Origin: Narcine bancroftii
Lineage: Eukaryota
Assembly: GCF_036971445.1 (NCBI RefSeq)
Contig: NC_091469.1
Span: 417,074,001 to 417,138,000 of the forward strand
Length of the DNA stretch: 64,000 nt
Reading direction: 5' to 3'
In this document: one piece after another, positions 39,348-50,679 of the stretch
Position numbering within the stretch: position 1 is the stretch's first letter
How the letters are laid out: every line of letters starts with the position of its first letter
Translations under genes and position numbers: made by a program
The notes under the pieces: generated by a model
Told to the model about the DNA's origin: nothing
What the model saw: the letters and a program-made list of their open reading frames with translations, nothing else
The model's database searches: none

Positions 39348-39582
39348 TTAAATTAAATTTAGACATACAGCAGGGTAACAGGCCCTTCTGGGCCATGAGC
39401 CCTTGCTGTCCAAATACCCCAATTAACCTACAACCCCCTTACATTTTGAAAGGTGGGAGGAAACTGAAGTATCCAGAGGAAACCCATGCAGACATGGAGA
39501 ATGTTCAAACTCTTTACTCACAGTGCCGGATTTGAACCTGGGGCACTGGGGCAATAATAGCATTGCAAACCACGCTGCCACA
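39348..39582 (-). mobile_element. V-SINE (HE1-like)
   Basis: Reverse complement of tRNA-like head, V-domain and ctgtatgtctaaat tail. Confidence 0.8.
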
Positions 39583-40117
39583 AATAATGGTGTTATTTAT
39601 TGGAATAATTTTGTTGGAAAATATTTCCAGATATCTGGTCATATTTCAGATGACAAAATGCCAATAATTATGTGTTTCTTGTGTAAGAGACAGAGGATGC
39701 TATCTTATCAAAATCTTTTAAAAAGTCACAGGTTTTTGAGGAATACAGGAATTGATGGTTATGGGAAACTGGAAGGTAAATGGAGCTGAGTTAACAGCGG
39801 GATCAGTCATGATTTTATTGAATAGCAAACCAGGCTCAACAAGTCTGATGCTCCTATTTCTTAATCTCTTTAGAATGTATATAATAAGACATGATAATAA
39901 TTTTGTTGAAATGGTAGCAGCCCCTTAGCCAGACTGTGAAGTAACTTATCTCTGACACTAGATTTTATTTCGCTCTGTCTGATTTCCAAGAGAATGAACC
40001 ATATTCCTATGGTCAGTATCTAAATCTTCCATGTTAATAGTGATAACATTTCCTTAAAACATATTTTTGAAATTATTTACCCAAGTAATTGATGGTTTCG
40101 CCAGCTCATCTCCAGAG

Positions 40118-40820
40118 CTCAGAATCAGGTTTATTGTCATCAACATGTATCACAAAATTTGTTGTTGGCACCTCCATACCAGGCAATGATGCAACAAGTC
40201 ACAATGCTCTCCACCTGTAGAAATTTGGTAACGTGCCAAATATCCTCAAACTCCTAATGAAATATAGCCACTGGCATGCCTTCTTCAAGATTGTATCAAC
40301 ATGGTGGCCCTGGGTTAGATCTTCAGAGATGCTGGCATCCAGGAATTTCACTCTTCACTGCTGACCCCCTTGATGAGGACTCTTGATTTCTCCTTCCTGA
40401 AGTCCACAATCATTTATTTAGTTCTGGCAAAGATGTTGTTGTGACACCACTCACTCCTTTATGCTTCCCAATCGCCATCTGTGATTTTGCTGACAACCAT
40501 GGTATCATCAGCAAAATTATAGATGGCATTTGATTTGTGCTGAGCCTCACCGTCATGGGTGTAGAGAGAGTAGTGTAGTGGGTTAAGTTCGTATCCTTGA
40601 GGTGTGCCTCTGTTGTCAGTGAGGTGATGTTGTTACCGATCCACATTGAGGAAGCCAATGATCCAGTGTTAGAGGGAGGTACAGATGCCCAAGTTTTGAA
40701 GCTTGTTGACCAGTGCTGAGGGTATGATGGTGTTGAAAGCTGAGCAGTAATTGATGAAAAGCAGCCTGATGTACTTATTATTGTGTCCAAGTATCCAGGG
40801 CTGAGTAGAGAGCAGGTGAG
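40118..40820 (-). mobile_element. Degraded Rex1/Babar fragment
   Basis: Minus-strand RT remnants (lfinycsafntiip, dcglqegei), same family as 7785-8990. Confidence 0.7.
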
Positions 40821-43800
40821 GCCTGTTGATTAAATCGGGAGGGGAAAAAAGGAGTCAGAGGCAACTGTTAGAGGAGTGAGGAGGAGAGGCTGTCAGGAAG
40901 GTAAGGCATATAAAAGGGCACTTACTGGGGCCTGGTCAAACAGTCAGGAGAAGGTGGAAGAGAAAGAAGAGGCCAGAAGGTAAGAAGAGGTGTTTACTAA
41001 GAGCACTTACCAGGTGGGGGGGGGGGGGGCAGGTTAATTAACTAATTAATTGGGTAATTGGTTTGTAGGGCAATAAATAGGAGGGGAGGGACATGGAGTG
41101 GCCAGCAAGAGAGTGGCCCAGGTGAGTGAGTGGTACAGTGAAGGAGTGGGACTTCCAGGATTTAGCTCATCAGGCTTCAGCGAAAGCGGGTGAGGAGAAA
41201 GTGCCTATGTCAAGCAGGGCTGAGGAGAGTTGTTGCAGAAACTAAGGTAAGATGAGAAAATAAGACTAGTCAAGGGTGTTAATCTACAAGCTAATTGAGT
41301 CAGCTAGGGCTGTAGATTGCTCCAGCTGTGGGATGTGGGAAATCTGGGATTGTATAATTGTCCCAGATAACCACCCCTGCAGGAAGTGCACTCAGCTCCA
41401 GCTCCTTTCAGACTGAGTTCGGCAACTGGAGCTGGATGAACTGCAGGTTATTCAGGAGGCTGAGGAGGTAATTGAGAGAAACTACATGGAGGTAGTCACC
41501 CCATATAGACAGGATGCAGAGACATGGGTGACTGTCAGGAGGGGTAAAAGGAAGGAACAGAGCACCCCTGAGGACAGTCCTATCAGCAATAGGTATGTAG
41601 TTTTGGATATTGCTTGTGGGGATTATCTACTAGGGATGAGTTGAGGCGGTCAAGTCTCTGGCACAGAGACTGGTACCTTGGCTCAGAAGGGAAGGACTGA
41701 GAGGAGAGCATTAGTGATAGGAGACTCATTGGTTAGGAGGACAGACAGGAAGTTTGCTGGAATGCATTGTGACTCCCTGTTGGTGTGTTGCCTGCTAGGG
41801 TCAGGGATGTCTCGGATCATCTTCCCAGCATTCTGAAAGGGAAAGGGGAGCAGCCAGATGCTTTAGTTTCCTAGATCATTTGGATTGCTTCTGGGGAAGG
41901 TCAGACCTCTATAACAGGGCTGGCCAAACTTGCTTAATGTAAGAGCCACATACGATAAACTTCAGATGTTTGAGAACTGCAAGACATGTAAAATATTACA
42001 TTTTTACTCTAACATGCACATTTTGTTATGAAAATGTTAAGAAATTCATGTATGTAATAATATTTATTCATGTGTGTAGTTTTTAAACTGCAACGTTGTA
42101 TTAGTTTCAATTATCGAAAAGTACACATAACATATCTTGTTGAATCATGTGGGCCAACTTTTTTTCTGAATATTTTATTTTTAAATTTTCAAACTCTGTC
42201 CAGTAATCAATCACATACGTGGACCAATTTTGGGTGTAAAATTTAGGAGGTTGACTATTACATGTGTCACTCCATATAGACAGCGCGAATGGGGGGGCAA
42301 GCGGCCGGGTCTGGGTGGTAATTCTGAGGTCGGGGCATGAGGAGCTCGGATGGGCGGCAGGAGGCCGGGGGCTAGGAGAGACTCCACAGTCAGGGTGTCA
42401 GAAGCCTGAATGAGAGGGCGGCCGGGAACAAAAAAAAGTCAGATCGATTTTTACATGCGTATATACAGCATGCATACCAAATTACCATTGTGAGCACTGG
42501 CTCGTACAATTTCTGTCTCAGCCAACATATTTCTGCAAGCTGCACATTATACGTCAAAGAGCCACATGTGGCTCGCGAGCCGTGGTTTGGCCACCCCTGC
42601 TCTATAACTAGGATGGGCTACACCTAAACTGGAAGGGGACCAATAGCCTGCCAGGAGGGTTTGCTAGAGCTGTTTGGGAGGGTTTAAACTCGTTTGGCAG
42701 GGGGAAGGAATTCAAAATGAGAGTGCAGAGAATAGGACAGTAGGAAACAGGGAATTACAACGGAGAGAAATAAATAGTGAAGAGTTACTGAATAACAACA
42801 GAAAGAAAAGGCAGGTGAGCAGGCAGGAGAAAGTGCTGTACAAAAAATATACAGAACATGCAATTTTGGTATCTGGTTTAAGGGCACTGTATTTAAATGC
42901 ATGTAGCATTAGAAACAAAGTGGATGACCTGGTTGCTCAGATTCAACTGATAAAGTATGACGTTGTAGCCATTACTGAAACGTGGCTCAATGAGGGGTGT
43001 GATTGGGAGATTGATATCCAAGGTTACATAGTCTATAGGAAAGATAGGCATGTGGATAGAGGAGGAGGGGTGGCTCTGAAGATAAAAAATGACATTAAAT
43101 GAATAGAAAGAAGGGACATAGGGTCAAAAGAGATAGAATCATTATGGGTTGAATTAAGAAATGTCAAGGGTAAAAGGACCATATTAGCAGTTATATACAG
43201 GCCCCCAAACAGTAGCTGGGAAGTGGATAATGAGATCCAACAGGAAATACAGAGGACATGCCACAAAGATAATATCAAAACAATAATGGGGGATTTTAAC
43301 ATGTCAGGGGATTGGGAAATCAGGAAAATACTGGAAGCCAGGAGAGAGTTTGTAGAAAACCTAAGAGCTAGCTTTTTTGAACAGCTTGTTGAGAAACCCA
43401 CCAGGGGATCTGCAGTTCTGGATTGGGTCATGTGCAATGAACCTGAGATCATTGGGGAGTTAAAGGTCATAGAACCTCTAGGAAGCAGCGATCATAACAT
43501 GGTTGAATTTAATTTAAAATTTGAAAAGGAAAAAAAATTATCGGATGTATTAATTTTTCAGTGGAATAAAGGAAATTACAGTGGTATGAGAAAGGAACTC
43601 GCTCAAGTAAACTGGGAAAGCAAACTAATTGGAGGATCAGAGCAGGACTGGAAGAAATTTTTACAAGTAATAAAAGGCATGCAGGATAGATATATTCCAA
43701 GGAAAATGATGGTACCATTGTGGCTAACAAAAGAGCTGAAGGCTAAGATTAAAGCAAAGGTGAGGGCATACAAGGAAGCTAAAATTAGTGGGAAATCAGA

Positions 43801-45705
43801 GAACTGGGATTCCTTTTGACAATTACAGAAAGAGATGAAGAAAGTCATTCGGAAAGAAAAGATGAGCTATGAAAGGAGATTAGCTAACAATATTAAAACA
43901 ATACTAAGAGTTTTTACAAATATATAAGGAATAAAAGAGAGACACGTGTTGACATAGGACCTTTAGAAAACTATGCTGGGAAAATTGTAATCGGTTATAA
44001 ACAGATGGCAGAGGAACTTAATCAATATTTTACGTCACTGTGGAAGACATTAGTAATATTCCAGCCAATCAGAGGCTTCATGGAGTAGAGTTAGATTCAG
44101 TTAGGGTTACTAGAGAAATTGTGCTAGGCAAACTAAATAGATTAAAGATTAATAAATCTCCCGAGCCGGATGAAGTACATCCACGGGATTTGAAAGAGGT
44201 GGTTTTGGAGATTGTAGATCCATTGGCAATGATCTTCCAGAAATCAATAGACTGGAGAGATTCCATAGGATTGGAAGGTTGCAAATGTGGTTCCACTGTT
44301 TAAGAAAAGTGGGAGACAGAATAAAGGAAACTAGAGGCCGATTAGCCTGACGTCAGTGGTTGGGAAGATATTAGAGTTAATTCTCAAGGATGAGGTGATG
44401 AAATACCTAGAGCTACATGACAGGATAGGTCAAAGTCAGCATAATTTTTTAAAGGGTAGATCCTGCCTGACGAACCTATTAGAGTTTTTTGAAGAAATCT
44501 CAAGTAGGATAGACAAAGGAAAGGCTGCGGATGTTATCTACTTAGATTTTCAAAAGGCTTTCGAAAAGGTCTGCATATTAAGCTTCTAAATAAGATGAAG
44601 GCCCATGGAATTACAGGGAAGTTATTAAACTGGATAGGCAGGAAGCAAAGGGTTGAAATTAAGGGTTCCTGCTCTGGATGGCTATCTGTAACTAGTGGTG
44701 TTCCGCAGGGGTTGGAATTGGGGCCGCTGCTGTTTACAATTTATGTAAATGATTTGGATTGTTGTATGAATGGTTTTGTGGCCAAATTTGCGGATGACAC
44801 CAAGATAGATGATGGAGTGGGAAGTGTAGTAGAAATCGTAAAGTTGCAGAAGGATATAGACAGATTAGGAGACTGGGCAAAATTATGGCAGATGAGATTT
44901 AACATAGATAAATGTACAGTTGTATATTTTGGCAGTGGAAATAAACAGACAGAATACTATTTTGGATGGGGTGAAAATTCAGACCTCTGATGTGCGAAGG
45001 GACTTGGGTGTCCTCGTGCAGGGAAACTTAAAAGTTAATGACCAGGTGAAATTGGTAGTGAAGAAAGTGAATGCTATGTTGGCATTCATTTCAACAGGAA
45101 TAGTGTACAAGAGTAAAGAGGTGCTGATGAGGCTCTATGGGGCACTGGTGAAACCTCATTTGGAGTACTGTGTTCAGTTTTGGGCCCCCTATCTTAGAAA
45201 GGATGTGATGTTGGAGAGGGTGCAGAGGAAATTTACTAGGATGATTCCCGGAATGCAAGGGCTAACGTACGAGGAGTGTTTGGCAGCTCTTGGGTTGTAT
45301 TCATTGGAGTATAGGAGAATGAGAGGAGATCTCATAGAGGCATTTCATATTTTGAAAGGTTTTGATAGGGTGGATGCAGGTAAAATGTTTCCCTTGGTGG
45401 GTGAATTGAGGACAAGGGGTCATAGTCTGAAAATTAGAGGTTATCCATATACAGAGATTAGGAAGAACTTCTTTAGCTAGAGGGTCGTAGATCTGTGGAA
45501 CTCACTGCCACATACAGTAGTGGAAGACAGATCACTGGGAGTGTCTAAACAAGAAATAGACAAGTATCTCATTAGTGAGGGCATTATAGAATAAGGGGAA
45601 AAGGCCAGAAATTGGAACTAGTGTAGAATAGCTTAGTGTAGATTTATGGAACAGACTCGATGGGCCCAGTGGTCACTTCTGTTCCTTTGTCTTGTGATCT
45701 TGTGA
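40820..45705 (+). mobile_element. Near full-length CR1 LINE (5' UTR, ORF1, ORF2, tail), inactivated
   Basis: ORF1 zinc finger CSSCGMW..CRKC (about 41318-41390) and SGNH-esterase motif ALVIGDSLVR (about 41708); ORF2 APE YLNACSIRNK, AITETWL, MGDFN, SDHNMV; RT KFADDTKI; tail tcttgtga repeats; multiple stops and frameshifts. Confidence 0.93.
41915..42599. mobile_element. hAT (Charlie-like) MITE, 685 bp, with 8-bp TSD, inside CR1 ORF1
   Basis: CTCTATAA|CAGGGCTGGCCAAAC...GTTTGGCCACCCCTG|CTCTATAA. Confidence 0.93.
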
Positions 45706-46466
45706 ATATTGAAAAAAAAACATGGAACTGAATTGCAGGAATGAATTGAGAGCGAATGCCCCTGAACACTTAAGTTTCTATTTCAATAAGAATGAGGGAA
45801 ATAAACCCATTTCATTTTTCTCCCAATGAGAAATATAGTTATTGGAGATCAATCTCCCTGTGGGAGATTTTCATATCCATGTCATTGCTCCAGCGTTCTG
45901 CTGGTTCATCAGAGGGACACATGTTGGGGTGTTCACGCCTGGTTGCACAATTCCATTTGCAACTCTTCAGAAAATAAAAACAGTTAATCCTAACTACAAC
46001 AAGAGCACAACATTCAAGCATGGGCTCATAAGAGGCAAGTTATATATTGTGATACACGTGCAAGGCAGTGGTCATCTCAAACAAGAGAGAGATTGACCAT
46101 ATACCTCTGATTGTCGTTGACATTATCATTGTTGACTTCCCTACCATCGTTATTTTGGGAGTTCCACATTTTATAAATTTAAAATCCCATAAATACAGCT
46201 GCTTTCTGAGTTGGTCAGAGGCTGGGTGTCCTGCAATAAGTAATTCATTCTCTGATTGCTCATGACAGGAGTCAAGAATGTGAATGAATACACTGTATCT
46301 AGCCGGATGAATGCAAGGCTAGCAATATTTTTAAAGTTTCACACCATCCAAAACAAAGCAGTTTGCTTAAATAGCACCCAGACATCACACAAAGCATTCA
46401 GTACCTCCACTACTAACATACTATGTTTTAAACTGCTCCATCTACAAAGTGCACTGCTATAACATT

Positions 46467-46705
46467 GGGGCTGCACAGTTGCATAGCAATTAGCGTATCA
46501 CCTTTACAGCGCCACTGATTGGGACTGGGGTTCGATTCCCACACTATCTATAAGGAGTTTGTACATTTTCCCTGTGTCTGCATGGGATTTCCCTGGGGGC
46601 TCCGGTTTACTCCCACCATTCGAAATGTACTGGGGATATAGGTAAATTGGGTGGCACAGACTCGTGGACTGAAATAGCCTGTTATTGTGCTGTATGTCTA
46701 AATTT
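46467..46705 (+). mobile_element. V-SINE (HE1-like), full length
   Basis: B-box ggttcgattccc; V-domain ggagtttgtac..gtgtctgcatggg..ctccggtttactcccac; tail ctgtatgtctaaat. Confidence 0.85.
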
Positions 46706-47479
46706 CTTTTCAAAATTATAACTTTGCCAAACTATACAAGCTAAATCCATGGCTTCTACAACTATAAGGTCAAAGGTTGCATGTTCATTAGGATGCAATC
46801 ACCTTTAAGTTCCCTACTAGGTGACACACCATCTTACTATCACTGTTTCCTCATTCCAATTGGGTCTAAATCCTGATACTCATTACCCAATAGTACATTA
46901 GGAATAGCTTCAGAAAAAAGAATTGCAATAGTTCAATGTCTTCTCCCACATTAATATCTGCAGGCATTGAGGCCCAATTTACTGACAGTCAGCTCATTTG
47001 TTCATGCCCAACTCCAAACTTTTATGCATATCTTCACTGATACTCACTAAAAGTGGAGATGAACCATGCAGTGTGAGAAGCTAGAGGCAATGAACGAGAA
47101 CACACATAAACCATAAGTAAGTAGTAAACGGAGCTCACCATCTCACAGAGTGCTCTCTCAACTACCTCATAACCTATCTGTGGATGAGTCTAGTTCATGC
47201 ATTAGCCTTGTCATGCATCTCATAACACACAAAACCAGAATGAAAGCAAATTGTCCTCAATCCCAGCACATAGCTTAAGAAGAAGTTGTTATTGGAATTA
47301 GTACCAGGCTTTCACCTGTTCCACTCATGCTAATAATTAAAATGACTGAGTATATTGTAACCAAAAATAAAATGATAAAATGGAGGAAATAGTTGACTCA
47401 GAGAGAATCAGTTGAAGGAGAAACAGGCTTTCAAGTTGATGGCATTTCTGATGAAAAGTCGATGTAATTTAAACTAATC

Positions 47480-48290
47480 ATATTAATCAAGAAAAAATGA
47501 ACGTTGACAAGAAGACTAAAACCTGGAAAGTTATATTGGCAAGTTGAACAAATGGTCAATATACAGCAAATGGAATATAATGTGGCAAAGCACAAGAAAG
47601 AAAGAAAACTTTTATAAATATTAAGAAACCAATGAATGTGGTCTACAGTGTGTGTTGATTTAAAAGGTGAAAAGTGAAAATGTGCAAAAAAAATAGGAAA
47701 TTGTCTATTGACCTTCATGCTTTATTTGGAAAGGAAATGGTATGTTGTCCTTCATTGGAAGTGATTTAGGTAACACAAGTAAGAAAATTTTGTTGTGTGT
47801 GCAGGGGTTTAGGGTAACTTCATTTGGAGAACTGTGTACTTGAAAAGGATACACTTACCTTGGAATCAATTTAGTAGATTCACTAAATTGATTTTTGCAA
47901 CTATCAGATTTCCCGATGTGCAGAAGTTGAGTAAGATGGGCTAATCACATTAACACATGTAAGATGGTGAGAGGGATTGAGCGGCAAAAGCTAAGAAGCC
48001 ACTTCTAAGTGGAAAATCTGATAATCAGGCACATGATCCCAGTATACGAACTGGACATGTAGGATTTATAGGAAAATAATTTTCTTCTTTAGAAGGTTAC
48101 AAACCTTTGGAATTCTTTGTCTCAGATTGCCACAGATGCTCAATCATTATTTTGAGCCTAAAATAAATAGATATTTGCACAACATATCTGAAAATATGAG
48201 TATCTGGTGGGAAAATGAAATGGAGACACAACCATGGCCTTGATAATTAGTGGAGCAGGTGTAAGGGATACTTGCTTTGTATCTTATATT
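47480..48290 (+). mobile_element. Ancient degraded CR1 3' fragment
   Basis: Remnants such as cagcaaatggaatataatgtgg and ctttggaattctttgtctcag. Confidence 0.55.
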
Positions 48291-48378
48291 CTCAAATGGA
48301 TGTAAACCTGTTACTCTTAGTGATTTTAAGAATTTAGTAACGAATTTTATCGACCAAAGGTATTTCTTTTATTTTCAG

Positions 48379-48546
48379 TTAGCTAAATGGAGTGTTGCAG
48401 TTTCTAAAGGGGCAGAATTAAAGGATTCCACAGGTGCTGAAGATTGCATTGTAATAGATGGAATAGAATTTCGGACTGAGGAATGCATTGAAGAAATCTC
48501 AAACCAGCTGAAAGAAATTGATGTTATCATGGCTGAGCTGGAATAA
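48379..48546 (+). CDS. ZCWPW2: ZCWPW2 terminal coding exon with stop codon
   Basis: tttcttttattttcAG|TTA GCT; LAKWSVAV...AEDCIVIDGIEFRTEECIEEISNQLKEIDVIMAELE* matches recalled human C-terminus EEDYLVIDGIKLKAGECIEDITNKFKEIDALMSEF*. Confidence 0.9.
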   Translation, partial: LAKWSVAVSKGAELKDSTGAEDCIVIDGIEFRTEECIEEISNQLKEIDVIMAELE

Positions 48547-48787
48547 TTCCTTTAACATAATTTCTGATGTTTGCTTCTTTAGTCATGTGTTAAATTTATT
48601 ACATTTAACATAATGTTAATGCTTCCCGTTTTGTGAGTTTTGTAGATCATACACCTGGTTATGGTTTTATTAATAAGTTAAAATAGTTAGTAATTAGAGA
48701 TTTTGCTTCTTGAAATTAAATATACCTTTTACACTTCCTCTCCTCTGTATTGAGATTAGCTTCTTCTTGCCCTCCATTGCAAATTAC

Positions 48788-48817
48788 AATAAAACTATAC
48801 TGTATAATTGTAATAAA
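48788..48817 (+). promoter_or_regulatory. Candidate polyadenylation signals of ZCWPW2
   Basis: AATAAA at 48788-48793 and 48812-48817, about 240-270 nt after the stop codon, followed by T/GT-rich sequence. Confidence 0.5.
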
Positions 48818-48857
48818 CCAATGTGATAAAGTATATTAATTTGTTGAATTATTTATT

Positions 48858-49745
48858 TTGACCACCAAACAAAACCTCATCCATTGCATTTGGTGCTTTC
48901 AATGTGGCCTCCTTTACATCAGTGAGAGCAAGCACAAACTTGAGACTGCTTTTCAGAGCATCTGCAATCTGTCCACAGTGGCCATTCTGAGCTCCTGGTG
49001 CATTGTATTTCAACTCCCCTTCCCATTTCTATATCAATCTGTATAGCCTTGCCTATTTCCACTGCCAGAGTGGCCAACACTCTGCAGAGGAACAACTCAA
49101 ATTCTATCTGAGCAGTGTTCAGCCCAAAGGTATGAACTTTGAATTGTCCAATTTCAAATGATGCATCCCCTCTCTTCGTCATTCCATTTGTATTCCCTAC
49201 CACCCCCCCCCCCCCACCCACCCATTTGTGTGCCCTCTATTCTCATGCCCTCTCCTTGTTCTATCCCCTTCTACCTATATTTCACCAAAAGGATCCCTTC
49301 TCGGTTTGGATTTATCTGGTCTAATCTGTCCTCCCCTATTAGTTTCCATTATATTACCTTCTCAGATTTCAGTATGCTCTTGCATCAATCATCTCCAAAT
49401 CCATACTGTATGACAAATCTTTGTCCATCTAAAACCTAATTTTTCCTCTTTCCTCTCTCCCTGTTGTGTGACAACTACCAATCAATTGCCTCTTCTCCCA
49501 ACTTCAACCCTCACCCTCCCCATCCGTCCATCATTGGTTCACCAATGTCCTGCCCCCTTTCTACTCCTAACACACAATGTCATTATATTATGTTCCCTCT
49601 GCACTCTCAGACTTGATGAAAGGGTACTTACCTGAAATGTTGACATGTCTTTTTCTCCCACTGAGCTGCTTGTCCCACTGAGTTACTTGAGCAGGTTTCT
49701 TTATGCTTCAGATTACAGCAACTGCAGTCTCTTGTGTCTCTTTAT
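48858..49745 (+). mobile_element. Penelope-like element 3' part (GIY-YIG endonuclease plus terminal repeat)
   Basis: NLIHCIWCFQCGLLYISESKHKL (GIY-YIG-like), EEQLKFYLSSVQPKGMNFELSNF, a pyrimidine-rich tract and a ttgatga...gaaa terminal motif. Confidence 0.8.
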
Positions 49746-49924
49746 TTTGGCCAATTTGGACCATAGTTTTCTTTTATATTTCCTTTTGTGTGTTCCACTC
49801 TCTATCTTACATGGTTCTATCTGCATATGCACCAATGGTTAATTTTGATATCTTAAAATATCAGCCCTTCATCCATTATCTGCAACAATAAGAGTCAACA
49901 GTTTTACATGGTTTCTGTGATGTT

Positions 49925-50095
49925 TCACAATACACAAATGTGCTGGAGAAATTCAGCAGTTACCTTGACGAAGGGCTCAGGCCTAAAACATTCATTAACC
50001 TTTACATCCTATAGATGCTGCGTGATTTGCTGAGTTTCTCCAGCACCTTTGTGTGTATTGCACAAAACTCCAGCATCTTCAGACTTTCCTGTTTA
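49925..50095. repeat. Fold-back short element derived from a Penelope terminal repeat
   Basis: caatacacaaatgtgctggagaaattcagca ... tgctgagtttctccagcacctttgtgtgtattg inverted arms around a ttgacga-agggctcaggcct-aaaac core. Confidence 0.7.
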
Positions 50096-50401
50096 ACTTT
50101 TGTGTTGATTTCCCAGAAAACAATAAGCTAGAGTCCCATTTATAACCCAGAAAGTGGATTGAAAACTATAAATTAAACATTTCCTGAATGCTTTCTGCAA
50201 GCTCACTGGTGGTTTCTTTAATGGTCATTACTTGGGTCACACACAGAGCATGCATGACATATGGTCTGTCAATTTCATATCCAGAATTCAAAATTAAACT
50301 TGCAGCCAACGTGGAGATATGCATTTATAGGTTGTGTTTTGCCTTTTTTAGGCATCCTGAATATTTGTTCATTTTAATACATTGCTATATTGAAATAAGT
50401 A

Positions 50402-50615
50402 GGGGTGACATGGATGGTGTAGTGGTTAGGACAATGCTGTTATGGGGTTCAAAACCTGCGCTGTCTATAAGGAGTTTGTACGTTCTCCCCATGTATGTGT
50501 GGGTTTTCTCCAGGGGCTGTGGTTTCCTTCCACCATTCAAAAATTTACTGGGGGTATAGGTCAACTGGATGTAACTGGGCAGCACAGCCTCGTATCATGA
50601 TGTATGTCTAAATCT
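50402..50615 (+). mobile_element. V-SINE (HE1-like)
   Basis: Same head, V-domain and tail as 46467-46705. Confidence 0.8.
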
Positions 50616-50679
50616 AAAGAAGTTTCCCCAATCTACCTACAGTTTTAAATTATTAACTGCCAATTTTCAGGTGCAAAAC

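Noticed and set aside
41015-41030. G-run as a functional G-quadruplex or regulatory site
   Set aside because: It is a homopolymer within a CR1 5' UTR, with no independent evidence of function.
3627-50615. tRNA-like segments as tRNA genes
   Set aside because: They are degenerate, I could not form a full cloverleaf, and most are followed by a V-SINE body and tail.
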